Positions 1 to 10,500 of a stretch of 64,000 bases of DNA are shown one piece after another. The stretch's first letter is position 1, and the number at the start of each line of letters is the position of its first letter. Position numbers and translations under genes: made by a program. This DNA comes from Bacteroidetes bacterium GWA2_40_15. GTDB taxonomy: Bacteria > Bacteroidota > Bacteroidia > Bacteroidales > VadinHA17. Under the pieces are notes generated by a model. It did not search any database. It had not been told where the DNA came from and saw nothing but the letters and a program-made list of their open reading frames with translations. The DNA lies in the NCBI GenBank assembly GCA_001768195.1, contig MENI01000097.1, positions 73,198 through 137,197 of the forward strand, written 5' to 3'.

Positions 1-162
1 ATTATTCTCATCTTGCTTGTAGTGGTTCTTCTTTTTGGCGGTCGCAAAATTCCTGAGCTCATGAAGGGAATAGGTCAGGGGATGAAAGAGTTTAAGAAAG
101 CATCAAAATTTGATCCTGATGCCGAGGAAAATAAGGAAGTAGCAACAAAAGACAAATTTTAG
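1..162 (+). CDS. tatA: Twin-arginine translocase TatA/TatE family subunit, 5' end outside the window
   Basis: My own frame-1 translation is ...[44 protein letters not shown]. The FGxxK(I/L)PEL segment followed by a Lys-rich amphipathic helix is the TatA/E hallmark. Stop TAG at 160-162. It is absent from the ORF track because there is no start codon in the window. Confidence 0.7.
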   Translation: MILILLVVVLLFGGRKIPELMKGIGQGMKEFKKASKFDPDAEENKEVATKDKF

Positions 163-180
163 TCTTAAAATATACAAATG

Positions 181-211
181 AAAAGGTGTCCTTGAGCGAC
201 ACCTTTTTTTT
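181..211 (+). terminator. Rho-independent terminator between convergent tatA and the radical SAM gene
   Basis: AAAAGGTGTC (181-190), loop cttgagc, GACACCTTTT (198-207), then further T residues. The A-tract/T-tract symmetry would allow function in both directions. Confidence 0.7.
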
Positions 212-255
212 ATGTCTAAGTGTTAAAAAAGATTAAAACTGACATGTAAAAGATT

Positions 256-1341
256 CTATATCGGTTCGTATTTCTGATTTCTTTTTCCCGGAACATAACC
301 GGCTTCCCTTATTATCTCCTGCATCTCATTAGCATTGAACTTGTTGCGTGCGCCGGCAGCACTTACTACATTCTCTTCGATCATTATTGATCCCAGATCA
401 TTTGCTCCTGAATGAAGCGAAAGCATTCCGAAATCCTTTCCTACTGTCAGTATAGATGCCTGTATATTCTTTATATTATTGAGGATGATGCGGCTTAATG
501 CAATCAGTCTTAAATAGTCATAACCTGTGTACCTGCTCTTTACCCCGTGGTTTATCAGAAGAGAGGTTCCCTGATCCTGAAATGGCCACGGGATGAAAGT
601 TATGAAACCATAAGCCTTTTCAGGTTTTTCAGCCTGGAGGTCTCTCAGCTTTATAAGATGTTCAATTCTTTCCCCTATAGTTTCAATATGTCCGTACATC
701 ATTGTTGCTGAAGTAGGCAGGTTAAGCCTGTGAGCCTCTTTCATCACTCCTATCCATTCATCTGTTGTGGCTTTTGCGGAAGAAACTATTTTCCGCACAC
801 GGTCGGAAAGGATCTCAGCTCCGGCACCCGGTAAACTGTCAAGCCCTGATTCTTTTAAACCGGCAAGCACTTCATGGAATGACATTTTTTCTTTTCTGGC
901 CAGGTATACAACCTCCGGAGGGCCCAGTGCATGGAGTTTCAGGTCGGGGTAGAGGCTTTTCAGGGTTTTAAAAAGATCGGTGTAAAAACCGATCCCAAGT
1001 TCAGGGTTCATCCCTCCCTGGAGAAGGAGCTGGTCACCTCCAAGAGCAAAGAGTTCATCAATTTTCTTTCTGTAATCGTCCAAAGACGTGGTATAAGCAT
1101 CATCTGATGCCTTTTTCCTGCAAAAATTGCAGAAGGTACATTGTGAAAAGCAAACATTTGTGATGTTGACATTCCGGTCAACCATCCATCCGACAATATT
1201 GCCGGGATTGTGAGTTTGCCTTAACCTGGCAGCTATGAACATCAGTTCTTCGAGCGGAGCGGACTTATATAATTCAACTCCTTCTTCAATGTCAAGAGGA
1301 ATCAGATTAAGGGCTTTTTCATAAAGTTGTTTAAGATCCAT
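256..1341 (-). CDS. Radical SAM enzyme of the futalosine-pathway MqnC/MqnE (CofH-like) family, probably cyclic dehypoxanthinyl futalosine synthase
   Basis: CxxxCxxC cluster motif in VDRNVNITNVCFSQCTFCNFCRKK and a CofH/MqnC-like C-terminal half (GANDLGSIMIEENVVSAAG). The likely start is MDLKQLY at 1341 rather than the ORF-track start at 1362. I cannot separate MqnC from MqnE by eye with certainty. Confidence 0.6.
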   Translation of the reverse strand: MDLKQLYEKALNLIPLDIEEGVELYKSAPLEELMFIAARLRQTHNPGNIVGWMVDRNVNITNVCFSQCTFCNFCRKKASDDAYTTSLDDYRKKIDELFALGGDQLLLQGGMNPELGIGFYTDLFKTLKSLYPDLKLHALGPPEVVYLARKEKMSFHEVLAGLKESGLDSLPGAGAEILSDRVRKIVSSAKATTDEWIGVMKEAHRLNLPTSATMMYGHIETIGERIEHLIKLRDLQAEKPEKAYGFITFIPWPFQDQGTSLLINHGVKSRYTGYDYLRLIALSRIILNNIKNIQASILTVGKDFGMLSLHSGANDLGSIMIEENVVSAAGARNKFNANEMQEIIREAGYVPGKRNQKYEPI

Positions 1342-1435
1342 ACAGCCTGTAAGTAGCTGCAAAGGTAATGCTTTGAATTCAATTCATTCAATAATTTAAT
1401 TAACTTTACCGCTATACATTACCAGTGATTCCGAT

Positions 1436-2893
1436 ATGAAACCAGCAATTATAAGAGCATTAAAAATATCAGAAAATCAATCTGTTGTGTGTGTGCTTGG
1501 GAGTGATAAAATTCCTGACTTTCTGAAGCTGAGTGATTCAGAAAGGGAGTACGCGCTGAAGCGGTTGCATGATAAGGATGATCATGTTTATATTAATTCC
1601 TTCAGGCGATGCATATACCTTGTCAGATTAAAAGATGGGACCTCTCATCATACTATCAGGGAGGAGCTTCGACGGGCCGCTTATAATTTAAAAAAACTGA
1701 TCAGAGGGAATAATCACAGGGAGCTTATAGTTACCTCTTCCAATGCCTACAAGGGGGCCATTGAGGATTTCACAGAGGGCTTTCTTCTCGGAATCTATGC
1801 TTTTGATAAGTACAAAACTAAAAAAGATAAAGATGCCGGTAAAAATTATCCTTCAGATATCCTTCTTTATGGGAATACAGATGAAAAGGATATCAGGTGG
1901 CTTACTGATCTTACCGACGCAGTATATTTTACACGTGATCTTATAAATGAACCGGTGAATCATCTGAATGCTTCTGCACTTGCAGGGGAGATAAGGAAAC
2001 TCGGAGATGCTTCAGGTTTTAATGTAGAGGTTCTTACAAGGGGAAAGATAGAAGCTTTAAAGATGGGAGGACTACTCGCTGTCAACAAGGGAAGTGTTGA
2101 TCCGCCTGTGTTTTCAATTCTCGAATGGCGCCCCGAGAAGTGTCTGAACAGTAAGCCTGTTGTGCTTGTTGGGAAAGGTGTTGTGTATGATACAGGTGGC
2201 CTTAATATTAAAACCGGCGACTTTATGGCAGGTATGAACGGCGACATGGCAGGGGCAGCAACTGTTGCAGGTGTAATGTATACAGTTGCCAAATCAGGGA
2301 TTCCCCTTCATATAATAGGCCTGGTCCCTTCAACTGATAACAGACCAGGAGGCAATGCCTACACCCAGGGAGATATAATCACCATGCACAACAAGATGAC
2401 TGTTGAAATTGGCAATACTGATGCAGAAGGAAGGCTTATCCTGGCTGATGCAATCAGTTATGCATCGAAGTACACTCCGGAGATTATAATCGACATTGCA
2501 ACTCTTACCGGTTCAGCTGCCATGACTTTCGGAAACCAGGCAATTGCTCTCATGACCAATGCTGACAGGAAGTATATTGATCTGCTTACTGAATGCGGAA
2601 ATGATGTTTATGAAAGAGTAGGAGAATTGCCTCTATGGGATGAATATGGAGAACTTCTGAAATCTGATGTCGCTGACATGAACAATGTTGGCGGACGTGA
2701 AGGCGGTGCAATAATAGCCGGGAAATTCCTTGAGAAGTTTGCAGAGTATCCGCTTATTCATCTTGATATTGCAGGTACTTCGATGCTCAAGAAAGATGAC
2801 TTTTACAGGACCAGGAGTGGTTCGGGGTCAGGACTAAGATTGCTAGCTACATTTTTAAGGAAACTGGCAGAAAACTATAATCATCTGAAATAA
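1436..2893 (+). CDS. pepA: Leucyl aminopeptidase, M17 family
   Basis: M17 catalytic signature NTDAEGRL, plus VGKGVVYDTGGLNIK and the DIATLTG motif. Length 485 aa. Confidence 0.9.
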   Translation: MKPAIIRALKISENQSVVCVLGSDKIPDFLKLSDSEREYALKRLHDKDDHVYINSFRRCIYLVRLKDGTSHHTIREELRRAAYNLKKLIRGNNHRELIVTSSNAYKGAIEDFTEGFLLGIYAFDKYKTKKDKDAGKNYPSDILLYGNTDEKDIRWLTDLTDAVYFTRDLINEPVNHLNASALAGEIRKLGDASGFNVEVLTRGKIEALKMGGLLAVNKGSVDPPVFSILEWRPEKCLNSKPVVLVGKGVVYDTGGLNIKTGDFMAGMNGDMAGAATVAGVMYTVAKSGIPLHIIGLVPSTDNRPGGNAYTQGDIITMHNKMTVEIGNTDAEGRLILADAISYASKYTPEIIIDIATLTGSAAMTFGNQAIALMTNADRKYIDLLTECGNDVYERVGELPLWDEYGELLKSDVADMNNVGGREGGAIIAGKFLEKFAEYPLIHLDIAGTSMLKKDDFYRTRSGSGSGLRLLATFLRKLAENYNHLK

Positions 2894-2899
2894 AAATCA

Positions 2900-4006
2900 A
2901 TGGAGACAAAAAATATATTAGCCGGTATTTCTCATGGAGATATTAATGGAATAGGATATGAGGTTATAATAAAAGCCCTGTCAGATCCAATGATCAATGA
3001 TATCTGCACCCCGGTGGTGTATGGTTCACCAAAAGTTGCAGCTTATCATCGCAAGGCATTGAATATTACTAATTTCAGTTTCAATAATATCAGATCTGCT
3101 GATGAAGCAAATCCCCGTAAATCAAATATGATCAACTGCCTCGATGACAACTCAAGGGTTGAACTTGGTAAATCGACTTCACATGGGGGTGAGGCGGCTC
3201 TTATTTCTCTTGAAAGAGCTGTTACTGATATAAGAAGCGGGAAAATAGATGTTCTGGTAACAGCCCCTATTGATAAACATAATGTGCAATCTGATAAATT
3301 CCAGTTTAAAGGGCACACTGAATATCTGAAATCAAAAGCCGGTGTAGAGGAGGTTCTTATGTTCATGATCGGAGAGAGCATGAGAATAGGTTTTGTCACA
3401 GGTCATGTTCCGCTGAGTAAGGTGTCGGAGATGATAACTATCGAGGTAATTATGCGAAAAATAAGACTGATGCATAATTCCCTTATTACTGATTTTGCTA
3501 TCCGTAAGCCGAAAATTGCATTACTTGGACTTAATCCGCATGCGGGCGACAACTCTCTTCTTGGTCCTGAAGAGGCTGAGATAATTAATCCTTCAATTCA
3601 GCAGGCTCAGAAGGAAGGTATCCTTGCATTCGGGCCTTTTCCGGCAGATGGATTTTTTGGTGCAGGCCTGTTTACCAGGTTCGACGGCATACTGTCCATG
3701 TATCACGACCAGGGATTATCTCCCTTTAAAGCATTATCATTTGATACGGGAGTCAATTTTACTGCAGGTTTACCGTTTGTCAGAACCTCACCTGTACATG
3801 GTACTGCTTTTGCAATTGCAGGGAAAGGCGAAGCTTCTGAAAGCTCATTCAGACAAGCAGTTTATCTGGCATGCGATATATTCAGAAACAGGCAAATGTA
3901 TGCTGAAATCTCCAAAAATCCTCTGAAACACCAGGATATTGAAATCCACAGCGACAGAATTGATGAACTGCCACCTGAAATCTTAAACGGAGAACCGCAA
4001 TTATGA
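2900..4006 (+). CDS. pdxA: 4-hydroxythreonine-4-phosphate dehydrogenase
   Basis: GDINGIGYEVIIKAL N-terminus, GHTEYL, GLNPHAGDNSLLG and VRTSPVHGTAF motifs typical of PdxA. A 4-nt ATGA overlap joins it to ruvA. Confidence 0.85.
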   Translation: METKNILAGISHGDINGIGYEVIIKALSDPMINDICTPVVYGSPKVAAYHRKALNITNFSFNNIRSADEANPRKSNMINCLDDNSRVELGKSTSHGGEAALISLERAVTDIRSGKIDVLVTAPIDKHNVQSDKFQFKGHTEYLKSKAGVEEVLMFMIGESMRIGFVTGHVPLSKVSEMITIEVIMRKIRLMHNSLITDFAIRKPKIALLGLNPHAGDNSLLGPEEAEIINPSIQQAQKEGILAFGPFPADGFFGAGLFTRFDGILSMYHDQGLSPFKALSFDTGVNFTAGLPFVRTSPVHGTAFAIAGKGEASESSFRQAVYLACDIFRNRQMYAEISKNPLKHQDIEIHSDRIDELPPEILNGEPQL

Positions 4007-4584
4007 TTGATTACATAAAAGGCAGCTTAACCCGGTTAACACCTACTTTTGTTACAGTTGAAACATATGGTGTAGGATATTTCGTAAATATTTCTCTCAC
4101 AACTTTTTCAAAACTTGAAAACAAAAGTGAGATTAAAATATTGATCCATGAGATCATAAGAGAGGATACTCATCAGCTTTATGGATTTGCTGATTCTCTG
4201 GAGAGGGAAATCTTCAGGCATCTGATTTCAGTTACCGGAGTCGGTGCCAATACCGCCAGGATGATGCTTTCATCGCTTAATCCGGTAGAAATAGAACAGG
4301 CAATAATTGGTTCAGATGTAAATATTTTGAAAAGTATAAAGGGCATTGGATTGAAAACTGCCCAGCGTATAATTGTTGATCTTAAGGAAAAGCTTGGCAA
4401 ACAGGCTGGAAGTGGTGAAATATTTGCCTTTTCAGACAATACAAACCGTGAAGAGGCGTTATCTGCTTTAGTAATGCTTGGATTTGCCAAAAGCGCAGTC
4501 TCAAAGGTCCTTGATAAGATAGTCAGAGAACAGAAAAACCTGACTGTTGAGGAGATGATCAAGAGAGCGCTTAAAAACTTGTAA
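4003..4584 (+). CDS. ruvA: Holliday junction branch migration complex subunit RuvA
   Basis: MIDYIKGSL...VETYGVGYFVNIS N-terminal OB domain, HhH motifs (ISVTGVGANTARMMLS, IKGIGLKTAQRII) and a C-terminal domain III. Length 193 aa. Confidence 0.9.
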   Translation: MIDYIKGSLTRLTPTFVTVETYGVGYFVNISLTTFSKLENKSEIKILIHEIIREDTHQLYGFADSLEREIFRHLISVTGVGANTARMMLSSLNPVEIEQAIIGSDVNILKSIKGIGLKTAQRIIVDLKEKLGKQAGSGEIFAFSDNTNREEALSALVMLGFAKSAVSKVLDKIVREQKNLTVEEMIKRALKNL

Positions 4585-4593
4585 TTCTTAAGA

Positions 4594-7500
4594 TTGGGAT
4601 CAGGGATATCACATAAAAATATTCTGATATTTTCTTATCTTGTACTGTCTACGTCTCTTCTATTAAGGCCTGCAGATTCAAGTGGTCAGGCTGCTTTGCA
4701 GCAAAGCGAAACAATCGATACAACACGCAAGTCAGTACTGAAACTGAAAGATGAATCAGGAATACCCTGGGAACCAAAGCAAAAGACCCCCCTTTTCCTG
4801 GATAATCCTTCAAATATAAAGTCAATTGTGATTTATGATCCTGATAAGAATGAATATGTTCTTTATCAGAAAGCCGGTACTTTTGACATAAGAACTCCTG
4901 TTCATATGACTCCGGAGGAGTTCCGGAAATATGAATACCGGAGGGCAATGCAGGATTACTGGGAGCAAAGGATATCAGGTGATGAATCAGGTTTCAGGTC
5001 CACTCTCATACCCCAGATCGAAGTTGGTGGCGCCGGATTTGACAAAATATTCGGAAGCAATACCATCAACATCATTCCCCAGGGATCTGCTGAACTTATT
5101 TTCGGGATAAATATCTCCAGAACAGAAAACCCCACTCTTTCTGAAAAACTCAGAACCATCCCCACTTTTGATTTTAAGGAGAAGATACAGATGAATGTTA
5201 CCGGTACTATTGGAGAGAAAATGGAACTGGGTATAAACTACAATACAGATGCAATGTTTGAGTTTGAAAACAGAACAAAGCTCCAGTATTCGGGAAGTGA
5301 AGATGAGATTATCAAGAAAGTGGAGGCAGGTGATGTAACTCTGCCACTTACCGGTTCACTGATAACAGGAAGTTACAGTCTTTTCGGACTCAAAACAGAG
5401 CTGCAGTTCGGTAAACTGACTGTTACAACTGTACTCTCACAACAAAAGGGGGAGTCTTCAGTAATTGATGTTAAGGGAGGTGCTCAGCTTACTGAATTCG
5501 AGGTATATGCAGATGCCTATGAAGCAAACCGTCACTTCTTTCTTTCACAGTATTTCAGGGATGTGTATGATGAATCTTTGAAGAACATGCCTGTTGTAAG
5601 CTCAGGGATCAATATTGAAAGAATTGAGGTATGGATAACCAATAAGACCACACGTTTTGAGGAAGCCAATAACAGGAACATTGTTGCATTTATGGATCTT
5701 GCTGAGAATGCAAGCCATATTTACAACGATATCCCGGAATTCCAGGCTGCTCCAGGTGGTGAAAGATTTCCTTCGAACAGCGCAAATATGTTGTACAATC
5801 AGCTGATAACCGCCTACGGTGCAATTCGTAATGTGGATCAGGTTACAAACTCATTTGAACCCTTATACCCCGACTTTCAGATCGGCCGCGATTTTGAAAA
5901 GATTGAGAATGCAAGAAAGCTCAATGAAAGAGAATTTGAATTCAACCGGCAGCTTGGCTATATCTCACTTAATACAGCGCTTAATACGGATGAGGTTCTG
6001 GCGGTGGCATACGAATATACGCTTGGAGGGCAGATATTTAAGGTTGGTGAATTTTCCACTGATGGTATTACTGCTCCGCAAACACTTCTGCTTAAGATGC
6101 TTAAAGGAACAACCCTTACTCCGAGACTGCCCACATGGAACCTGATGATGAAGAATATCTATTCGCTGGGATCAGGCAAGCTCGATAAAAAGGATTTTGA
6201 ATTAAATGTCCTGTACCAGGATGATGAAACCGGAAATTCAATCAATTATCTGCCACAGGGAAAACTTGCAGATAAGATCCTGTTACAGGTTATGGGACTT
6301 GACAATCTCAATTCACAGCTTGACAGGGAATCGGACGGATACTTCGATTTTATTGAGGGGATAACAATAATGATCAACAGAGGAAAGATTATTTTTCCTG
6401 TGATTGAACCTTTCGGAAATCATCTTAAGAAGATGATAGATGATCCTAAGCTGGCAACAAAGTATGTTTTCCAGGAACTCTACGATTCGACCCAGACAGT
6501 AGCAAAACAAATGGCAGAGAAGAATAAATTCAAGCTTACCGGACAGTATTCGTCTGAATCCGGATCAGAGATCAGACTGAATGCTGCCAGTATTCCAAAG
6601 GGATCCGTCAAAGTAACTGCCGGAGGAGTGCCGCTGGCTGAAAATACCGACTATACGGTTGACTATAATATGGGTACCGTAAGGATAATCAATTCTGCTC
6701 TGATTGAGTCTCAGACTCCGATCCAGGTTTCACTTGAAAGTAATCAGTTCTTCGGATTCCAGACAAAATCGCTTGTAGGAACACATCTCGATTATCAGTT
6801 GTCAAAGAATTTTGATATAGGAGCAACAATCCTTCATCTTAACGAGCGGCCTTACACTCAGAAAGTGAATTATGGGGAAGAACCTATTTCAAATACCATA
6901 TGGGGTCTCAATACATCTTATCAAACAGATTGGCAGTTTCTTACCAAAGCGATCGACAAGATCCCGTTGCTTAATACCAAAACACCTTCTTCTGTCTCCT
7001 TCTTCGGCGAGTTTGCCAACCTTATTCCGGGACATTCAAAAGCGATATCAAATGCAGGAAATTCCTACATTGATGATTTTGAGGCCAGTGAAATACCTCT
7101 TGATCTTAAGTCATTCAATGCATGGACAATGTCCAGCATTCCGCAGGGTCAGGATCAGCTCTTCCCTGAAGCAAGGCTGAATAATAAAATTGAAAGCGGA
7201 TTCAACAGGGCTAAACTTGCATGGTACGTAATTGACCCTCTCTTTTTGCGAAATGGTTCTTCCACACCTGATCATATAAAGCAAAACCCCGATCTGCAAT
7301 CAAGTCACTATGTAAGGGAAATATATGAAGATGAAATATTTCCCTACAGGGAGAGCCCAAGCGGAATCCCAACAAATATTACTGTTCTTAACCTCGGATA
7401 CTACCCGGCAGAGAAAGGTTCATACAACTTTGATTCTGAACCAGGACCATATTCTTCAGGTGTGGCAAATGATGGTACTCTTAATGATCCCCAGTCGAGA

Positions 7501-10500
7501 TGGGGGGGAATGATGAGAGAGGTTCTGACAAGTGATTTTGAATCTGCAAATATCCAGTATATCAAATTCTGGCTTATGGACCCTTTTGTAGAGAAGCCGG
7601 GTCATGAAGGAGGTGATTTCTATATAAACCTTGGAAACATTTCAGAAGATATTCTCCGCGATTCACGGAAGAGTTTTGAAAATGGTCTTCCCGGATCTCC
7701 TGAAGTGAAAAATGTCGATACAACAGCCTGGGGTAGAGTGCCAACTGTTCAGGCTGTTGTTCATGCTTTTGATAATGCTCCCGAATCCAGATTGTACCAG
7801 GATGTTGGTTTTGACGGATTAGGTGATCCCGATGAACAGAATTTCTTCTCAGACTACCTTCAGAAGTTACAGAACCTGATTACTCCTGATGCTTTTCAGT
7901 CAGCAGTGGAAGATCCGTCAAGTGATAATTTCCACTATTTCAGGGGAGGTGATTATGATGCTGCCCAGCTTGATATACTGGAAAGGTATAAGAAATACAA
8001 TGGACAGGAGGGCAACTCACCCACATCGGAAATGTCACAGGAGTCTTATCCTACATCAGGGTCAACTCTCCCTGACATGGAAGATATAAACCGCGACAAT
8101 ACTCTCAGTGAAACGGAAAGCTATTATCAGTACAAAATAAGTCTGAGGCCTGGTGATATCAGGGTTGGAACGAATTATGTGGTGGATGAGATAGAATATG
8201 AGGCAACATTTCCTAATACCAAAAAATCGAAGGTGAAATGGTATCAGTTCAAAATACCTGTAACTGATTATCAGAAAGTAGTAGGATCAATAAAAGATTT
8301 TAAGTCGATCCGTTTTATGAGAATGTACATGAGTGATTTTAAGGAACCTGTAATTATGAGGTTTGCTGAACTCGATCTGGTAAGGGCAGAGTGGAGAAAA
8401 TATAATATATCATTTATGGAAGGAGGTGAACGGATAACTGTTCCTGAAGCCTCTGATGGCACATTTGATATAAGCTCGGTAAGTATTGAGGAAAACTCGG
8501 GGAAGGAGCCTGTAAACTATGTTCTCCCTCCGGGGTTTGACAGGGTTACTGATCCTCAGAATCCTCAGCTGAGGCAGCTTAACGAACAATCAATGGTCTT
8601 AAAGGTGCAGAATCTGGAGGATGGAGATGCCCGTGCTGCTTACAAAAATATGAATATTGACATCCGTCAGTACCGTAGCCTTAGGATGGAGGTGCATGCC
8701 GAGGCGTTGATAGGACAACCTTTGCAGGATAATGAACTGACAGCATTTGTACGTCTTGGGTCAGATTATAAAGGTAACTTCTATGAGTATGAACTGCCAC
8801 TTAAGCTGACATTGCCAGGCAGGTATGACAATAATTCAGATGCATCAAGGGCCCAGGTATGGCCTCAGGAGAACAGTTTCATAATTAATATGTCGCTTCT
8901 TCAGGAGGCAAAGCAGGAAAGAAACAGGCAGATGGACCTGCCTGGTTCATCACTGAGTGTTTCCGATGTGTTTGTTTACACAAATGGATTGGCCAGAGTA
9001 TCTATATCGGGGAATCCTAACCTAAGTAATATAAAGGTTATTATGGTCGGTGTACGGAATCCGATTAAAACCAGGAATCAGAATTATGATGACGGTAATC
9101 CGAAATCTGGTGAAGTATGGTTTAATGAACTCAGACTGAGCGATTTTATTGAAAATAGCGGATGGGCAGCCAATGCGCATTTTCAGGCCCGTCTGGCCGA
9201 TCTGGGAACCATCGACATGGTTGGCCAGACCAGTACGCCAGGTTGGGGTAGTATAGATAAGAAAGTGAATGAGCGAAGCATCGAGAATATAATAAACTAT
9301 GATATTTCATCAACAATTGAGCTTGGAAAGTTCTTCCCTGAAAAAGTGGCTGTCAGACTTCCGGTGTACGCAGGATTCTCCCAAACACGAATACAACCCC
9401 AGTATAATCAGCTTGATCCGGATATTCCTCTGAAGGAAGCTTTGGATGCTGCGGCAAATAAAGCTGAGAAGGATTCGATAAGAGCTATCTCAGAGGATCT
9501 GGCGCAGCGTAAAACATTTACAATCAGTAATGCCGGTATCAGTGCAAGAGGGGAAAAACCTCATTTCTATGATCCCGCTAACCTGAGCGCAAACTACACG
9601 TACAATGAGATCTACAGAAGCAATACCAAGACTGAGATCAACCTTGAAAAGAACTATCGCGGCGGTATCAATTATAACTATGAGGCACAACCGGCCAACA
9701 TAATGCCATTTAAGAATGTGAAATTTCTGAATCCTTCTGCTTTAAGGCTTGTTAAGGATTTCAATTTCTATCCCTTCCCAAAGAGCCTGGGATTCAGAAC
9801 AGAACTATACAGATATTACAGTGAGATTAAGACCCGTAATATAAATAATCCCAATCTGCGTGTAACACCATCATATAGAAAGGATTTTGAATGGTACCGT
9901 ATGTATGATTTCAAATATGATATAACCCGGCAGCTTAAATTTGACTTTATGGCAAGTAATACTTCACGAATTGATGAACCCTCCGGAGGAGTAGACAAAC
10001 AAAGATACAGTGATAGTTACGACGACTGGCGCGATTCGGTAATGGTAAATCTCAGAAATGGAGGGAGGAATGTCAATTACAATCATTTTATGAATGTCAC
10101 CTATAATATTCCTGTAAATAAATTGCCTCTTCTCTCCTGGCTTAATGCCAATGCAAGGTATGGCGCTGATTATACCTGGCTTGCCGGTCCGGTTTTCCCC
10201 GACAGTCTGAACATCAATATGGGTAACTCTATCAAGAACCATAATGAGGCAACATTGACCGGAATGGCAAACCTCTCAACTCTTTATTCAAAATCAAAAT
10301 TTCTGAAGAGAATAGAAAATAATACCCGCCCGGAAGGAGCCAGGAGGCAGAAGACTGAAACAGTGACTGTAAAATACAGCAAGGCTGATGTAAATTTCCG
10401 GGCAAAAAGTGTCAGATCAATAAACCATAACCTTGGCACCAGGGATGTAAAAGTAAAGATTACAGGCAAAGACGGACAGGAGGTGAAAGGTAAAATGGAT